Source: Eledone cirrhosa
Lineage: Eukaryota
Assembly (NCBI GenBank): GCA_964016885.1
Contig: OZ024747.1
Coordinates: forward strand, 56,172,001-56,236,000
Direction of reading: 5' to 3'
DNA: 64,000 nucleotides
Shown here: in pieces, positions 1 to 14,175 of the stretch
Layout: every line of letters starts with the position of its first letter
How positions within the stretch are numbered: the stretch's first letter is position 1
Program-made: the position numbers and the translations under genes
Notes under the pieces: generated by a model
The model's database searches: none
What the model was told of the DNA's origin: nothing
Seen by the model: the letters and a program-made list of their open reading frames with translations, nothing else

Positions 1-29
1 GTGTATGTATGTCTGCATTTGTCTGTATC

Positions 30-335
30 TTTGTTAGTGTGTATGTATGTATGTGTTTGTATGTGTCTAGTGTGTATGTATGTATATGTGTGTGTGTCTG
101 TGTTTAGTGTGTATGTATGTATATGTGTGTGTGTCTGTGTTTAGTGTGTATGTATGTATATGTGTGTGTGTCTGTGTTTAGTGTATATGTATGTATATGT
201 GTGTGTGTTTGTGTTTAGTGTGTATGTATATATATGTGTGTGTGTGTCTGTGTTTAGTGCGTATGTATATATATATGTGTGTGTGTGTCTGTGTTTAGTG
301 CGCATGTATGTATATATGTGTGTGTGTGTGTCTGC
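30..335 (+). repeat. ~35-bp microsatellite-derived minisatellite
   Basis: ctgtgtttagtgtgtatgtatgtatatgtgtgtgtgt repeated about 8 times. Confidence 0.8.
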
Positions 336-683
336 GTTACTGTGTTATATGTGTATGTATGTGGATGTGTCTGTTACTGTGTATGCCATCGTCATCATCA
401 TTTTTTTAACGTCCATTCTCCACGCTAGCTTGGTTTTTATATGTATATATGTGAGTGTGTATATCTGAGTGTGTGTGTGTGTGCGTGCATGTGTGTGTAT
501 GTATCCATTTGTTACTCTGTCTATGTATGAATGTATGTAATGTTAAAGGATCATGACAAGTGGAGATATGCAGGACTGAAAAAGACCCTTCCAACCTATG
601 CAATCATGGAAAAGCGGACATAGAATGATGATGATGATAAGGATGTATACATTTAGCATCTGTATATATATATGTAGAAGATT

Positions 684-995
684 TTGTGGTTAGAGTTTTG
701 GGTTCACAATCGTAAGGTTGTGAGTTCAATTCCCGGCAGTGTTTTGCGTCCTTGAGCAAGACATTTTATTTCATATTCCTCCAGTCCACTCAGCTGGCAA
801 AAATGAGTTGTAACTGTAATTCGAAAGGCCAGCCTTGTCACATTCTGTGTCATACTGAATCTTTCTCAGAAATACATTAAGAATACACGAGTGTGTGGAA
901 TTCTCAGCCACTTGCACATTAACTTCACAAGCAGGCTGTTCCATTGATCAGACCAACTGGAACACTTATCTTCATAACCGCTGGAGTGTCAGTAA
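684..995 (+). mobile_element. Diverged tRNA/CORE-like SINE (family A-related head, different 3' half)
   Basis: gtggttagag..ggttgtgagttcaattcc..ccttgagcaagacattttatttca. Confidence 0.75.
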
Positions 996-2055
996 AAAAT
1001 ATGTAGATATAAAATCAATATATAAAATATTTTGATTGCTATACTGTTCATATCATTAAGTACCTCACTAATTTTTATACATTTAACCTTTCATATGATC
1101 ATGTGATTTTTGTTTTATATTCAGACATTTTAGCAACTTAAAAGAAATCATCATTATTTTTATCTTTATTATATTTGAAATTTTTTGATGTTATTTTTTC
1201 TTTTTTTGTTAGTTTTTTTTCTTTTTATTCTGTAGGGAATTTGGAAGTTAACGAGTTCAATAAATCAATAATTAAGGTTTTCAGACATTTTTTTCTTTAT
1301 GGCCAATTTACCAAAATTCTTTGAATCTACAAATATTCTTCATGTTTTCAAAATTTGTCACTACTAATTGATATATAAATATAGATTATGCACACACACA
1401 CTCACACTCATACATATATATACATACACTGATGCACATAGATATATATATACACACATACAACATGCACATAAATATTCGACATATGTAAGTGTGAAAA
1501 AAGACTAATAACTGAAAACCATGATTAAATTTATTTACACTAAAAGTCTCCTATATTTGGAAATGTTTCATTTTTATTGACTTTTAGTCCTATTTGTTAT
1601 TTAAATGAACATATACTAAACATTATTTACATATGTGTGAGATATGTGGTTTTATGGTGAGTGTTTTCAGATTATGTTCATGAGGTTATGAGCTTGATTT
1701 CCAGTAGCACATTATGTTCTTGAGCAAGAGACTACAATAGTAAACCAGACATACTGTGAAAAATGAAGATACTACGAAACACTCATTTTCTCCCATATAC
1801 ACCAGGTCCAAACCCAAAATAATCAAATTCCCACTGTCACCACCTCTGTCTCTCCTGCTCTCCCTATCTCTCATTATTGTGAGCAAATGGGGACCCATAC
1901 GCTGGCTGCCCCACAGCGGACTGGCTGCTCTGCAATGCCAGCAGACAGCATAGAGAAGGCATTTCTCTAGAGGATGTGGGCTGGATGTTTTGTAGTACCA
2001 ACATAACTTAATACAAAGTGTTAAAACGATAACATTTTAGTTTAGAACATTTATT

Positions 2056-2102
2056 TGCTGACAATTGTTTCTTACAGAGGGAAGTCTGGTATCATCAGAG
2101 CA
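2056..2102 (-). ncRNA. Minimal type I hammerhead ribozyme
   Basis: tgct-CTGATGA-taccagacttccctctgtaa-GAAAC-AATT-GTC^-agca. Canonical core, palindromic loop III, GUC cleavage triplet. Confidence 0.82.
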
Positions 2103-2187
2103 TATATATACAATTATATAACAACAATTATATACCCTAAATGTTCTGAGTGACTAGGATTTTAGTCACATGTTTCCACATTCCCTA

Positions 2188-2234
2188 TGCTCCGATGATT
2201 CCAGACTTCCCTCTGGAAGAAACAATTGTCAGCA
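2188..2234 (+). ncRNA. Minimal type I hammerhead ribozyme with core mutation CCGATGA
   Basis: tgct-CCGATGA-ttccaga cttccc tctggaa-GAAAC-AATT-GTC^-agca. Perfect 7-bp stem II. Confidence 0.72.
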
Positions 2235-2405
2235 AATAAATGTTCTAAACTAAAATTTGATCGTTTTAACACTTTGTATCTCGGCTCTGTAAAACACTCG
2301 AAAATTTGCATTGAGCCTGTTGTCATGTCGGTAACCGGATAGTACTTAGTACTACCCTCCATATTTATAATTGTATTAAACATATATAAATATAAATATT
2401 CTTAT

Positions 2406-2462
<57 letters not shown>

Positions 2463-2585
2463 TAAAAGGAATCGGAAATACAACTAGAGTCGTTTTAAGA
2501 ATATTCTTTTATTTCCTTTACCGGTTTCACAGTTCTTATGCTTTTCAAAAGTAAAATTGAGATGGAGGGTTACTGGTTTGTTTTG

Positions 2586-2623
<38 letters not shown>

Positions 2624-2627
2624 CATG

Positions 2628-2661
<34 letters not shown>

Positions 2662-2687
2662 CATTTGCATATATATATGTATACATG

Positions 2688-2733
<46 letters not shown>

Positions 2734-2798
2734 TATATGTATAAATATATACACATTTTTATATATGTATATATATATATACACATGTATATATATAA

Positions 2799-3000
2799 TG
2801 CAGGGCGATCAAAATAGATGGAAGCTACGGAGTAGGCAGACTCAGAAAAACCTGGGACGATTTGATAAATTCCGACCTTACACACTTACACCTCTCCAAG
2901 ACAATGTCTCTGGACCGAGATCTTTGGTGCTAAGCAGTAATACAGAAGACGCCCCTTGCCTAAGTGCAAAGCAAAACCTACAGTCAGTAGGCACCTCCTA
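2799..3000 (+). mobile_element. RTE-like LINE 3' fragment
   Basis: [32 protein letters not shown]. Confidence 0.65.
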
Positions 3001-3279
3001 ACCAAAAATACACCTCCATCCCACTAAATAAATGAGGTCGTATAGGTGTCACGACAAAAAAACACTGTCCACGCTGTAATGTGGACATGTAGGTAACATG
3101 GTAAAAACCTCCCAGTCCACACTGTAAACATGGTTTGTGTTAGGCAGGGCATCCAGCCATAGAAAACCCGCCAGACAGTCCTATACGAGCAAGACAACCA
3201 ATCCTGCCTCACGTGGGACAATTCCATCTAAACCCATGCTAGCATGGAAGATAGACGTTAAACGATGATTATGATGATG

Positions 3280-3324
<45 letters not shown>

Positions 3325-3480
3325 CACACACACACATATATATGTATATATGTATATATATACACATACATATATATATATGCATATATATATATACACA
3401 TATATATGCATATATACACAGTCATACACACCCGTGTATATTTATTTATATATATATATATAAATATATACACACACATA

Positions 3481-3557
<77 letters not shown>

Positions 3558-3652
3558 ACATATGTACATATTGGTGTGTTTCAGTGTGTGAATATTTACA
3601 TTTCTTAGCATTAGTCTTTAGCTATTTTAATCATCACATACATGAGTGTGTG

Positions 3653-3735
<83 letters not shown>

Positions 3736-3740
<5 letters not shown>

Positions 3741-4108
3741 CATGGCTTAGTGGTTAGGGCATTGGCCTTGCAACCGAAAGGTTGTGAGTTCAATTCTTTC
3801 TCAGACCGGGTGATGTGTTGTTTCCTTGAGCAAGACACTTTATTTCACATTGCTCCAGTTTACTCAGCTATAGAAATGAGATGATAGGACTGAGGTCCCT
3901 ATCATTCCACTGCAAAGTGGTCGTGGAGTTGCCACGGCAAAAAAAGCACCCACTCCGCACTGTAAAGTGGATGTGTAGGCACCACAGAAAAAAACCACCT
4001 AGCACTCACTGTAAATGAGGTTGGTGTTAGGAATGGCATCCAGCTGTAGAAATCAAGCCAGAATCAGTTCCCGTCCCACACTTGCAAGCAGGGAAAAGCA
4101 GACGTAAA

Positions 4109-4142
<34 letters not shown>
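3736..4142 (+). mobile_element. tRNA-derived CORE-like SINE, family A
   Basis: A box tggcttagtgg, B box gagttcaattc, core ccttgagcaagacactttatttcac, RTE-type tail and (GAT)n. Confidence 0.9.
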
Positions 4143-4707
4143 CATACGTACATACACATATAGATATTCATAGATCATTGTGTTTGAACATGTAAATGTA
4201 TTTGTATGAATGTGTGGGTTGATGGCTATCTATATCTGTTAGTATATGTGGCATAATTCAACAACTCTTATCAGAGAAATCAAATTTACTTCTATATCCT
4301 CTCCAGTAATTAAAGAACACTCTCACATAAATATCCAAAACATTGGCGCTACCAACTCCTCAAATTCACCAATCTACCTACATATCTCTTTCTATTTCTC
4401 TCACTCACTCCTCTCTCTTCCCCTCTCTATTTATCCATATATCTCTCTCACTTTCATATTAATATAAAACAATAAAAGATGGAATTATCGCCAAAGATAT
4501 TACTTGCAATGGTCACAAGTGGGACACTTCCTGAAATCAATATGTGTATGTATCTGAATGGATGAATATATGTTTGTATATATAATATATATATACATAT
4601 ATATTATATATTTGTGTGTATTTATGCGTGTTATATGTATATTAGTATAAATTCCTGCACATTTATAAATATATATATATACGTGTGTGTGTGAGTGTGT
4701 TTGTATA

Positions 4708-4759
<52 letters not shown>

Positions 4760-5428
4760 CAAATACATATACACAACACATACGTGTATATACATTCATC
4801 CATTCATTCATACATATATACATATACTCCCAAGAGATTCTTAAACATTTTAGCTGTAATGCAAGCCAAAGCAATTCCAAAAGCAAAAACCCTGCCATCA
4901 TTACCACCTTACCAGCAAAATTCCACCACACCACGCCCACCACACGAAACCACAGCCACTACACCACACCACAGCCACCACACCATCATACCATGACATC
5001 CCAAACAGCAAAATTCCACCACACAACACCACACCCACCACACCACACCATCACACCACAGCCACTACACCACACCATCATACCATGACACCCCCCCCCC
5101 CCCAAACAACCATTCATATACTGGCATTGAAATCTTCGATCTCAGGTAGGAAATTCTTTCCAGATGGCAGCAGAGATCGAACAGTTTAGCAGAGACATAC
5201 TCTACCATGTGCATCAACAATTACTCCAAGCCTCAGTAAATTTGTTCACCAAAATTTACGTATCATCTCACAGAAGGGCATGACTCTATTTCGAAATCTC
5301 ATAAATTAAACCACGCCCGTCTCACTTGTCAATTATTCTTCTTAACCTTACTTCGAGTAGTCATTGAGGGGATAGGTAAATACTTTGTTATATATACATA
5401 TATATATATATATGTAAAACAGTGATCA

Positions 5429-5509
<81 letters not shown>

Positions 5510-5779
5510 TGTGTGCGTAAATGTACATGTGTAAATATATATATATATGCATGTATGTATATGTATATATACATTGTGTAAGAGAACATTTCACTTTTAA
5601 ATATTTTTATTCAATATTGAACATATACATATATATATATATATAGATATATATGTGTGTGAGTTTAAAAAGGTGAAAGCAGAAATTGTTTGCTCAAACT
5701 TTTAATCTGTGTTTATAATAAATATTTGTTCTATTGATTTATATATATTGTTGCATAAATGTATATAAATATATATACT

Positions 5780-5824
<45 letters not shown>

Positions 5825-5827
5825 AAA

Positions 5828-5945
5828 GTTCTATTTAAATTGTTGTGATACAACAAGTAAATATTTTTATAACTGATATAAAGCACTCGACAAGTATTTG
5901 GAGTAGATATGGTTTTATAAATATACTTTCCATTTGTTAATATCG
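5828..5945. mobile_element. Very short PLE terminus fragment (Naiad family) with tail inversion in (TA)n
   Basis: Contains atatggttttataaatatactttccatttgttaata (compare 25310-25345), preceded by an inverted tail similar to 13325-13400. Confidence 0.65.
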
Positions 5946-6008
5946 TATATATATATATATAAAACTGTTATCAAGTCCTCTCTAAATTTTCCTCTTTGTA
6001 TTTATTAT

Positions 6009-6081
<73 letters not shown>

Positions 6082-6087
<6 letters not shown>

Positions 6088-6381
6088 AAGAGGGAAAAAT
6101 AACATGGTCAACAGTACAAAAAGGGTTTTATTTACAGTATTAACAATTGTTTCATTGATTAGGATGTCTAAAGATTGCTAATCACTCGAAGTTGTGTTAC
6201 TCAATCTTAAATACAGTGTTACTCAATCTTAAATTAGGCATACACTGTATTTAAGATTATAGTGACACAACTTCGAGTGATTAGCAATCTTTAGACATCC
6301 TAATCAATGAAACAATTGTTAATACTGTAAATAAAACCCTTTTTGTACTGTTGACCATGTTATTCTTCACTCTTTCACTAT
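6082..6381. repeat. Fold-back cassette with ~140-bp inverted arms, PLE-terminus-like, with a degenerate hammerhead
   Basis: 6082-6219 is the reverse complement of about 6242-6381. It contains GAAAC-AATT-GTT-aatac with a matching gtatt upstream, but no intact CUGANGA. (TA)n lies on the left. Confidence 0.85.
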
Positions 6382-6543
6382 TATTACTCCAAGATTAACC
6401 TGCATAGGAATTCCTGGGAACTTTCCACCTAACTAAAGAAATCTCTTGTTGAGTCAAACAACGCACGTAGTACGTTAAAACTATTCACAATACAGAGTAC
6501 CCACAACCTCTAACTGGATTACCTATAATGATAATTTGTTATC

Positions 6544-6578
<35 letters not shown>

Positions 6579-7244
6579 TGGTTCTGTAGGTGTCACGACA
6601 AAACTTTGTATGCACTGTAAATGTGGATGGTATTAGGAAGGGCATCCAGTTGTAGAAACCAAGCCAATATCAGTTCTGAATGATCAAGACATGGTCACCT
6701 GTCCTGGCATTTCTCACAACAGGACAACTAGTGTGGTAAAATGGACATTAAACGGTGATGATTGTGATAATGATGATGATGATATATCAGGATAGAACCA
6801 GTTTAAAACTAGTTAGACCATTACTCAACAGAGTATTCAATACTTGGTATAGTTCAGATTGACTATTTTATAAAGAGTTGGGGCCTGACATCTGAGATCT
6901 TACTGTTTCAACAGTTAGTTCTGGACTGTTAGCCAAAAGAGCTCACAGTTGATGGGCCATATACTATATGTATATTATTGGCTTCTACCTAATTTCGCTC
7001 AGAAGTGATTGGTCACCCTGGTGTTATAAAAGAAGACAATTGCCTATGGTTCCATACAGTTGGACCAAACTCCATGCCAGGTGATTAGGAAATAAATTAT
7101 TTAACCACAAACCATGCCTGTGCCTATATGACATTTGATAATGAGTTTCCTGTATGTAGGAAAATAGAATAAGTTGTTAGGATTGTTAGATATTGGGAAA
7201 GTATAATTTAAATAACAGTTGTTTTATTAGAGAATACGAAAAAC

Positions 7245-7700
7245 ATTTTATTAATAAAAATCAAAAAATCATAAACAAATCTATTTAAAAAAAACAACAC
7301 TACAAATATTTAAAAACGAAAATGGAATGGAAAGGCAAAGTTTCTAGGGTCACCGCAGAAGAATGGGAGGGGGAAGTGGGAGGGTGATGGGCTCTGACCT
7401 TACGGTGTGGTGGTGTTGCGGCTGTGCCTCGCAGTTAAGCCCGCAAAAGCATTTCCACAAACAATGACCAGTGACACCTACTGCAAGAGCCACCTCATTT
7501 GGTGGGACTCCTTCCTTAGACGGGCTGCTGATGTTCCGATCTTGCAGAGGAGCTCAGCAGTATGGGGTCCAAGTATGCCTGAGGTCTCGACGGTGACCGG
7601 TGCGAAGTGTAAACGGCCAGATAATCTTTGGTATATGCTTGTCTACCTTTCTTCTGCATTGCAGGCTGCAGTGGCAGGGTTTGTGGCAGAAGCAACTAAG
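7245..7700 (-). mobile_element. CRE-clade non-LTR retrotransposon 3' fragment (restriction-like endonuclease)
   Basis: Minus strand reads ..YQRLSGRLHFAPVTVETSGILGPHTAELLCKIG..WLLQ*VSLVIVCGNA, matching the CRE pattern FxPxxxETxGxxG..QRxSxAxxxGNA. Confidence 0.7.
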
Positions 7701-8238
7701 TTTTTTTTTTTTTTTTTACTGTGTATATGATATTGTATCTGTAAAGTTTACAGGAGTCATGTGGTGCTCACTGACGAAGTCACTGGTGTGACCATCATAC
7801 AGTTGGTGTAGCTTTCTGTCTCATAACATTGGTGAAGATATTGATAGTAACAACATAGTTGTGAGGATGTTTATAATCTAATAGAGTTTCAAGATGATGT
7901 TGATGATGATGACAATAAAGTTAATAGTGGTGGATATATATGTGTGGTCAAGAATCAGCATGCAGGAGTTTTAATGAAAGAGCAGTTTAACTTAATAACA
8001 AAAGTTTTGATGATCCAAAACAGAGAAAGCAGGCTTTGGTAACATCTATTTTTAACATATATTTTTACACATGTTATAAAAATCCTTTTTAAATATAAAC
8101 TGGGTGCATCCCCCCCCCCCCCTTTTTTATCCTTTTCCTTATTATCGTGATCGGTATGGAACATTTTCTAATGCCTATATTTTTTTCACTATATATATAT
8201 ATATACATAAACAAATACGCACACACCTATATATATGT

Positions 8239-8271
<33 letters not shown>

Positions 8272-8275
8272 CATG

Positions 8276-8310
<35 letters not shown>

Positions 8311-8842
8311 TGAGAGAGAGAGGGAAGAGAGTAAAAGAGATAGCTGGACAGATAGAAAAGGATATTTAAAAACAGAAATATTGATAGATAAGGAGATGGG
8401 ATTTGTAAGATCAGATGAAAGTGAAATGACAGCAGAAATAGTCATAAACTCGTATGAAATGGTATGGAATGGTAGAATAAATGGTAGGAATAGGGGGAAT
8501 GGTTTTGCTAAATATATTGGTATTTTTCATAGAAAACCTGAGAGTTTCATGATATAAGAAGGAAGAGGAGAAGTGAAAGAGAAATAGAAGTAGATTATTA
8601 AAACTGAAGTGGAGGTGGATGAGAAAGGCAGAGGAAAAGAAGGTAGGAAGTAGTAGTAGTAGGAGGAGGAGGGGGAAAGGAAGGTAGGAGGAATAGAAGG
8701 AAAGTATGAGGAAGGAAAGAACAACAATAAGAAAAAGGAGACTATGAAGAAAGAAAGATATAGAAAAGAGAAGAGGACATTATGAGAAAAAATTGGAGAG
8801 TATGGGAAACAGTTAAAAGATTCTGTGAAAATATATTATAAT

Positions 8843-9205
8843 AGATGATGATGATGATGATGATGATTGTGATACTGTTGATGATACTGATTGTGGTGGT
8901 GGTGATGGTGATAATGAGGATAGTGATGGTTGTGATGATAATTATGATTGTGGCGGTGATGATGATTATGATGAGGTTGATAATGATGATGGTGATGATA
9001 ATGATTATGATAATGTTGATGATGAAGGTGATGATGATGATAATGATGATGGTGAGGATGATGATGTTGATAATGATGGTGATAATGGTGATGATGATGA
9101 TGATGATAATGATGATGGTGAGGATGATGATGTTGATAATGATGGTGATAATGGTGATGATCGTGATAATCATCATGTTGTTGATGATGGTGGTGGTGAT
9201 AGCAG
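8843..9205. repeat. Degenerate (ATG)n trinucleotide repeat
   Basis: Direct inspection. Confidence 0.9.
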
Positions 9206-9502
9206 TGGTGAATACACAAAAAAGGATAAGTGAATGATACTACATAAAAATATGTGTGTGTGAGTGTGTATGTGTGTGTAAGTGTGTGTGTATATGTGTG
9301 TATGTCAATAGGTAGGTGTATGATGTGGGAGGCTAGAAACACTGGATATTAGTAGTGTTGGACATTAAAACTGGACATAGTGAAAGTAAAATAAGACATT
9401 AAAATGTGACATTAAAAGATAAAAGGAAAGAAAAAGTCAGAAAAAGGGGAGAAATGGAGAATGGTCAAAGAATATGCAAATGAGAAAGGTGTGGGTGGTT
9501 TA

Positions 9503-9582
<80 letters not shown>

Positions 9583-10308
9583 GAGATAGACTAATAGGTA
9601 AATAAGTATATATGTATGTGTGTATGCATATATCATACATATGAGTGTGTATGTGAGTGTGAATGGGTGTGATGGTGCACACTCACATATATATATATAT
9701 GTATATATGTATATATATAAATATTTTTTTTTTTTCTCTCTATCTCCATACATAATCTCCCTTCGTTATTTTTTTCTCTCTATCTCCATACATAATTTCC
9801 CTTCGTTAATTTTCAAATTCCTTTAATTTATACATTATCTTCCAACGGTTCCCAACCTCTCTATATTAAAACATTATATCTTTTTCTCAGTTATAAAAAC
9901 TATCTCTTTCTCTCTATCACCCATCTCTCCCTTTCCACCTTCACTCTCATCTCCTCCCCTTTTTTTCATCCTTTCCACCCCCACCCCTCCCTAAATATAA
10001 TATACTTTTTCCTCGCACATATCCTCCCTTCGTTAATTTTCAAAAATTTTTAATTTATACAGTATCTTCCAACGGCTTTCAACCCCTCTATATAAAATAT
10101 ATCTCCTCTCTGTTATAAAAACTATCTCTTTCTCTCTATCACCCATCTCTCCCTCTCATCTCCTTCCCTTTTCATCCTTTTCTCTCCCCCCCTCTCTAAA
10201 TAAAATATTTTTCCCAATATCACACATCAATCTAAAACCACTTTTCATATGTTGATTTAAAACTGCACTATCAACAAGTGTTTTTTTAGCCTTCATATCA
10301 TGTTCTCC

Positions 10309-10379
10309 TGTTTTATCTGATGAAAACACAAATATTATTGTTTGATGATGTTTGTTTTTGAAATGCGCATAATAAAATA
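10309..10379 (+). ncRNA. Minimal type I hammerhead ribozyme
   Basis: tgttttat-CTGATGA-aaacacaaatattattgtttgatgatgtttgttttt-GAAA-TGCGCA-TA^-ataaaata. Long stem II, palindromic stem III, with (TA)n about 30 nt downstream. Confidence 0.85.
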
Positions 10380-10433
10380 TATTGAACTCCTTTAACCATC
10401 TTTTGATCTTATATTATAAATATATATATATAT

Positions 10434-10480
<47 letters not shown>

Positions 10481-11093
10481 TATATATATGTATATATATG
10501 CATATATATATCTGTGTAAATATGTATATGTAGACATGCATATGTATACACATATATATATATATATATGTATGTATACAGACAAAGTCTTCGCAAGAGA
10601 TATAACACTACATACACCACACACAACAACAACAACAATATAGAGTCATACATTAAAATAAACACCACACATAAAAAACAGTAACAAGAACATAGCTACA
10701 AATATACACATGACATCCTTAACCACCTTCATGGCATGCAACTCAATGGACATAGACCTCTCAGAGACATTCACTACATTATTACTACTAGACAAAGACC
10801 TAAAATACACAATAGCCCACAAGCTCCCAGAACACAAAATCACACTTTCATCTCTAGCATTGTCTAGGCTCTTTTGTGGACACGCCATTCCAATGACCAG
10901 ACAGAACAGGACCACAACAAAATATTCAAGCCTTATCCTTCCACGGGGGAGTTCTGCAAAAACCTGACTATGGATGAGCCATATCAAAATAAAGTTGATG
11001 TCTATGTCAGGAAATCCTAAAGATCTTGAAATCCTAAAGATCTTGAAATCCTAAAGTCTATGTCAGGAAATCCTAAAGATCTTGAAAAGAGCA

Positions 11094-12874
11094 CACAATC
11101 CATATGCAACAATACACGAGCAACAATCCATATGCAACAATTCACAAGCAACAATCCATATGCAACAATTCACAAGCAACAATCCATATGTTACAATTCA
11201 CAAGCAACAATCCATATGCAACAATTCACAAGCAACAATCTATATGCAACAATTCACAAGCAACAATCCATATGCAACAATTCACAAGCAACAATCCATA
11301 TGTTACAATTCACAAGCAACAATCCATATGCAACAATTCACAAGCAACAATCCATATGCAACAATTCACAAGCAATAATCCATATGCAACAATTCACAAG
11401 CAACAATCCATATGCAACAATTCACAAGCAACAATCTATATGCAACAATTCACAAGCAACAATCCATATGCAACAATTCACAAGCAACAATCCATATGTT
11501 ACAATTCACAAGCAACAATCCATATGCAACAATTCACAAGCAACAATCCATATGCAACAATTCACAAGCAACAATCCATATGCAACAATTCACAAGCAAC
11601 AATCCATATGCAACAATTCACAAGCAACAATCCATATGTTACAATTCACAAGCAACAATCCATATGCAACAATTCACAAGCAACAATCTATATGCAACAA
11701 TTCACAAGCAACAATCTATATGCAACAATTCACAAGCAACAATCTATATGCAACAATTCACAAGCAACAATCCATATGCAACAATTCACAAGCAACAATC
11801 TATATGCAACAATTCACAAGCAACAATCTATATGCAACAATTCACAAGCAACAATCTATATGCAACAATTCACAAGCAACAATCCATATGCAACAATTCA
11901 CAAGCAACAATCTATATGCAACAATTCACAAGCAACAATCTATATGCAACAATTCACAAGCAACAATCTATATGCAACAATTCACAAGCAACAATCCATA
12001 TGCAACAATTCACAAGCAACAATCTATATGCAACAATTCACAAGCAACAATCCATATGCAACAATTCACAAGCAACAATCTATATGCAACAATTCACAAG
12101 CAACAATCCATATGCAACAATTCACAAGCAACAATCTATATGCAACAATTCACAAGCAACAATCCATATGCAACAATTCACAAGCAACAATCTATATGCA
12201 ACAATTCACAAGCAACAATCTATATGCAACAATTCACAAGCAACAATCCATATGCAACAATTCACAAGCAACAATCTATATGCAACAATTCACAAGCAAC
12301 AATCTATATGCAACAATTCACAAGCAACAATCTATATGCAACAATTCACAAGCAACAATCCATATGCAACAATTCACAAGCAACAATCTATATGCAACAA
12401 TTCACAAGCAACAATCTATATGCAACAATTCACAAGCAACAATCTATATGCAACAATTCACAAGCAACAATCCATATGCAACAATTGACAAGCAACAATC
12501 TATATGCAACAATTCACAAGCAACAATCCATATGCAACAATTCACAAGCAACAATCTATATGCAACAATTCACAAGCAACAATCTATATGCAACAATTCA
12601 CAAGCAACAATCTATATGCAACAATTCACAAGCAACAATCTATATGCAACAATTCACAAGCAACAATCTATATGCAACAATTCACAAGCAACAATCTATA
12701 TGCAACAATTCACAAGCAACAATCTATATGCAACAATTCACAAGCAACAATCTATATGCAACAATTCACAAGCAACAATCTATATGCAACAATTCACAAG
12801 CAACAATCTATATGCAACAATTCACAAGCAACAATCCATATGTTACAATTCACAAGCAACAATCTATATGCAAC
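11094..12874 (+). repeat. 28-bp minisatellite, about 63 copies: CAACAATC(C/T)ATATGCAACAATTCACAAG
   Basis: Directly visible, highly homogeneous tandem array. It explains the long ORFs in all three + frames. Confidence 0.97.
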
Positions 12875-13032
12875 CTGACAGACAGAGAAAGGACAGTCCT
12901 CAGATCATATATATATATATATAACAAAGGAAATGTGGTAAGGAACCAGGTGGACCATAACGCACCAAAGTACTCAATACTTAGGGTAGTAGAGTGGGGT
13001 CCTACTCGTTCCTATATATATATATATATATA

Positions 13033-13565
<533 letters not shown>

Positions 13566-13610
13566 ATAAGAATTGCAGCTTTTTGTGAAACTTTATTGCA
13601 TATTACAATT

Positions 13611-13948
13611 GGAGGCACATGGCTTAGTGGTTAGAGCATTGGCCTTGCAATCGAAAGGTTGTGAGTTCAATTCTCAGACCGGGTGATGTGTTGTTTCCTT
13701 GAGCAAGACACTTTATTTCACATTGCTCCAGTTTACTCAGCTGTAGAAATGAGATGATAGGGACTGAGGTCCCTATCATTCCACTGCAAAGTGGTCGTGG
13801 AGGTGCCACGGCAAAAAAGCACCCAGCACTCACTGTAAATGAGGTTGGTGTTAGGAAGGGCATCCAGCTGTAGAAATCAAGCCAGAATCAGTTCCCGTCC
13901 CACCCTTGTAAGCAAGGAAAAGGGGACGTAAAATGAAATGATGATGAA
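13611..13948 (+). mobile_element. SINE family A
   Basis: Near-identical to 17778-18122. Confidence 0.9.
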
Positions 13949-14039
13949 TTGTTCCTATATTGATCAGCTCGGGTTTGATCAGGGGACCAGATCTCGACTC
14001 TTAATTGACACTTCTTCAGATATGTGACTTTACATGGGT

Positions 14040-14104
<65 letters not shown>

Positions 14105-14124
14105 TTATTAAAATAACAGATTAA

Positions 14125-14175
14125 AGTTTAAGCAAAGAATCGCTGCTTTCACCCTTAACGGGATCTTCTGAAACT
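14125..14175 (-). ncRNA. Hammerhead-like motif with variant core CAGAAGA (second copy)
   Basis: Reverse complement of 15371-15421, inside a (TA)n-flanked insert at 14105-14240. Confidence 0.55.

Larger units (their letters stand above)
2011..2279. repeat. Fold-back cassette with ~90-bp inverted arms and a hammerhead in each arm
   Basis: 2011-2104 is the near-perfect reverse complement of 2186-2279. Confidence 0.88.

Noticed and set aside
3741-3800. tRNA genes at SINE heads (families A and B)
   Set aside because: A and B boxes are present, but there is no complete acceptor stem and each head continues into a SINE body and tail.
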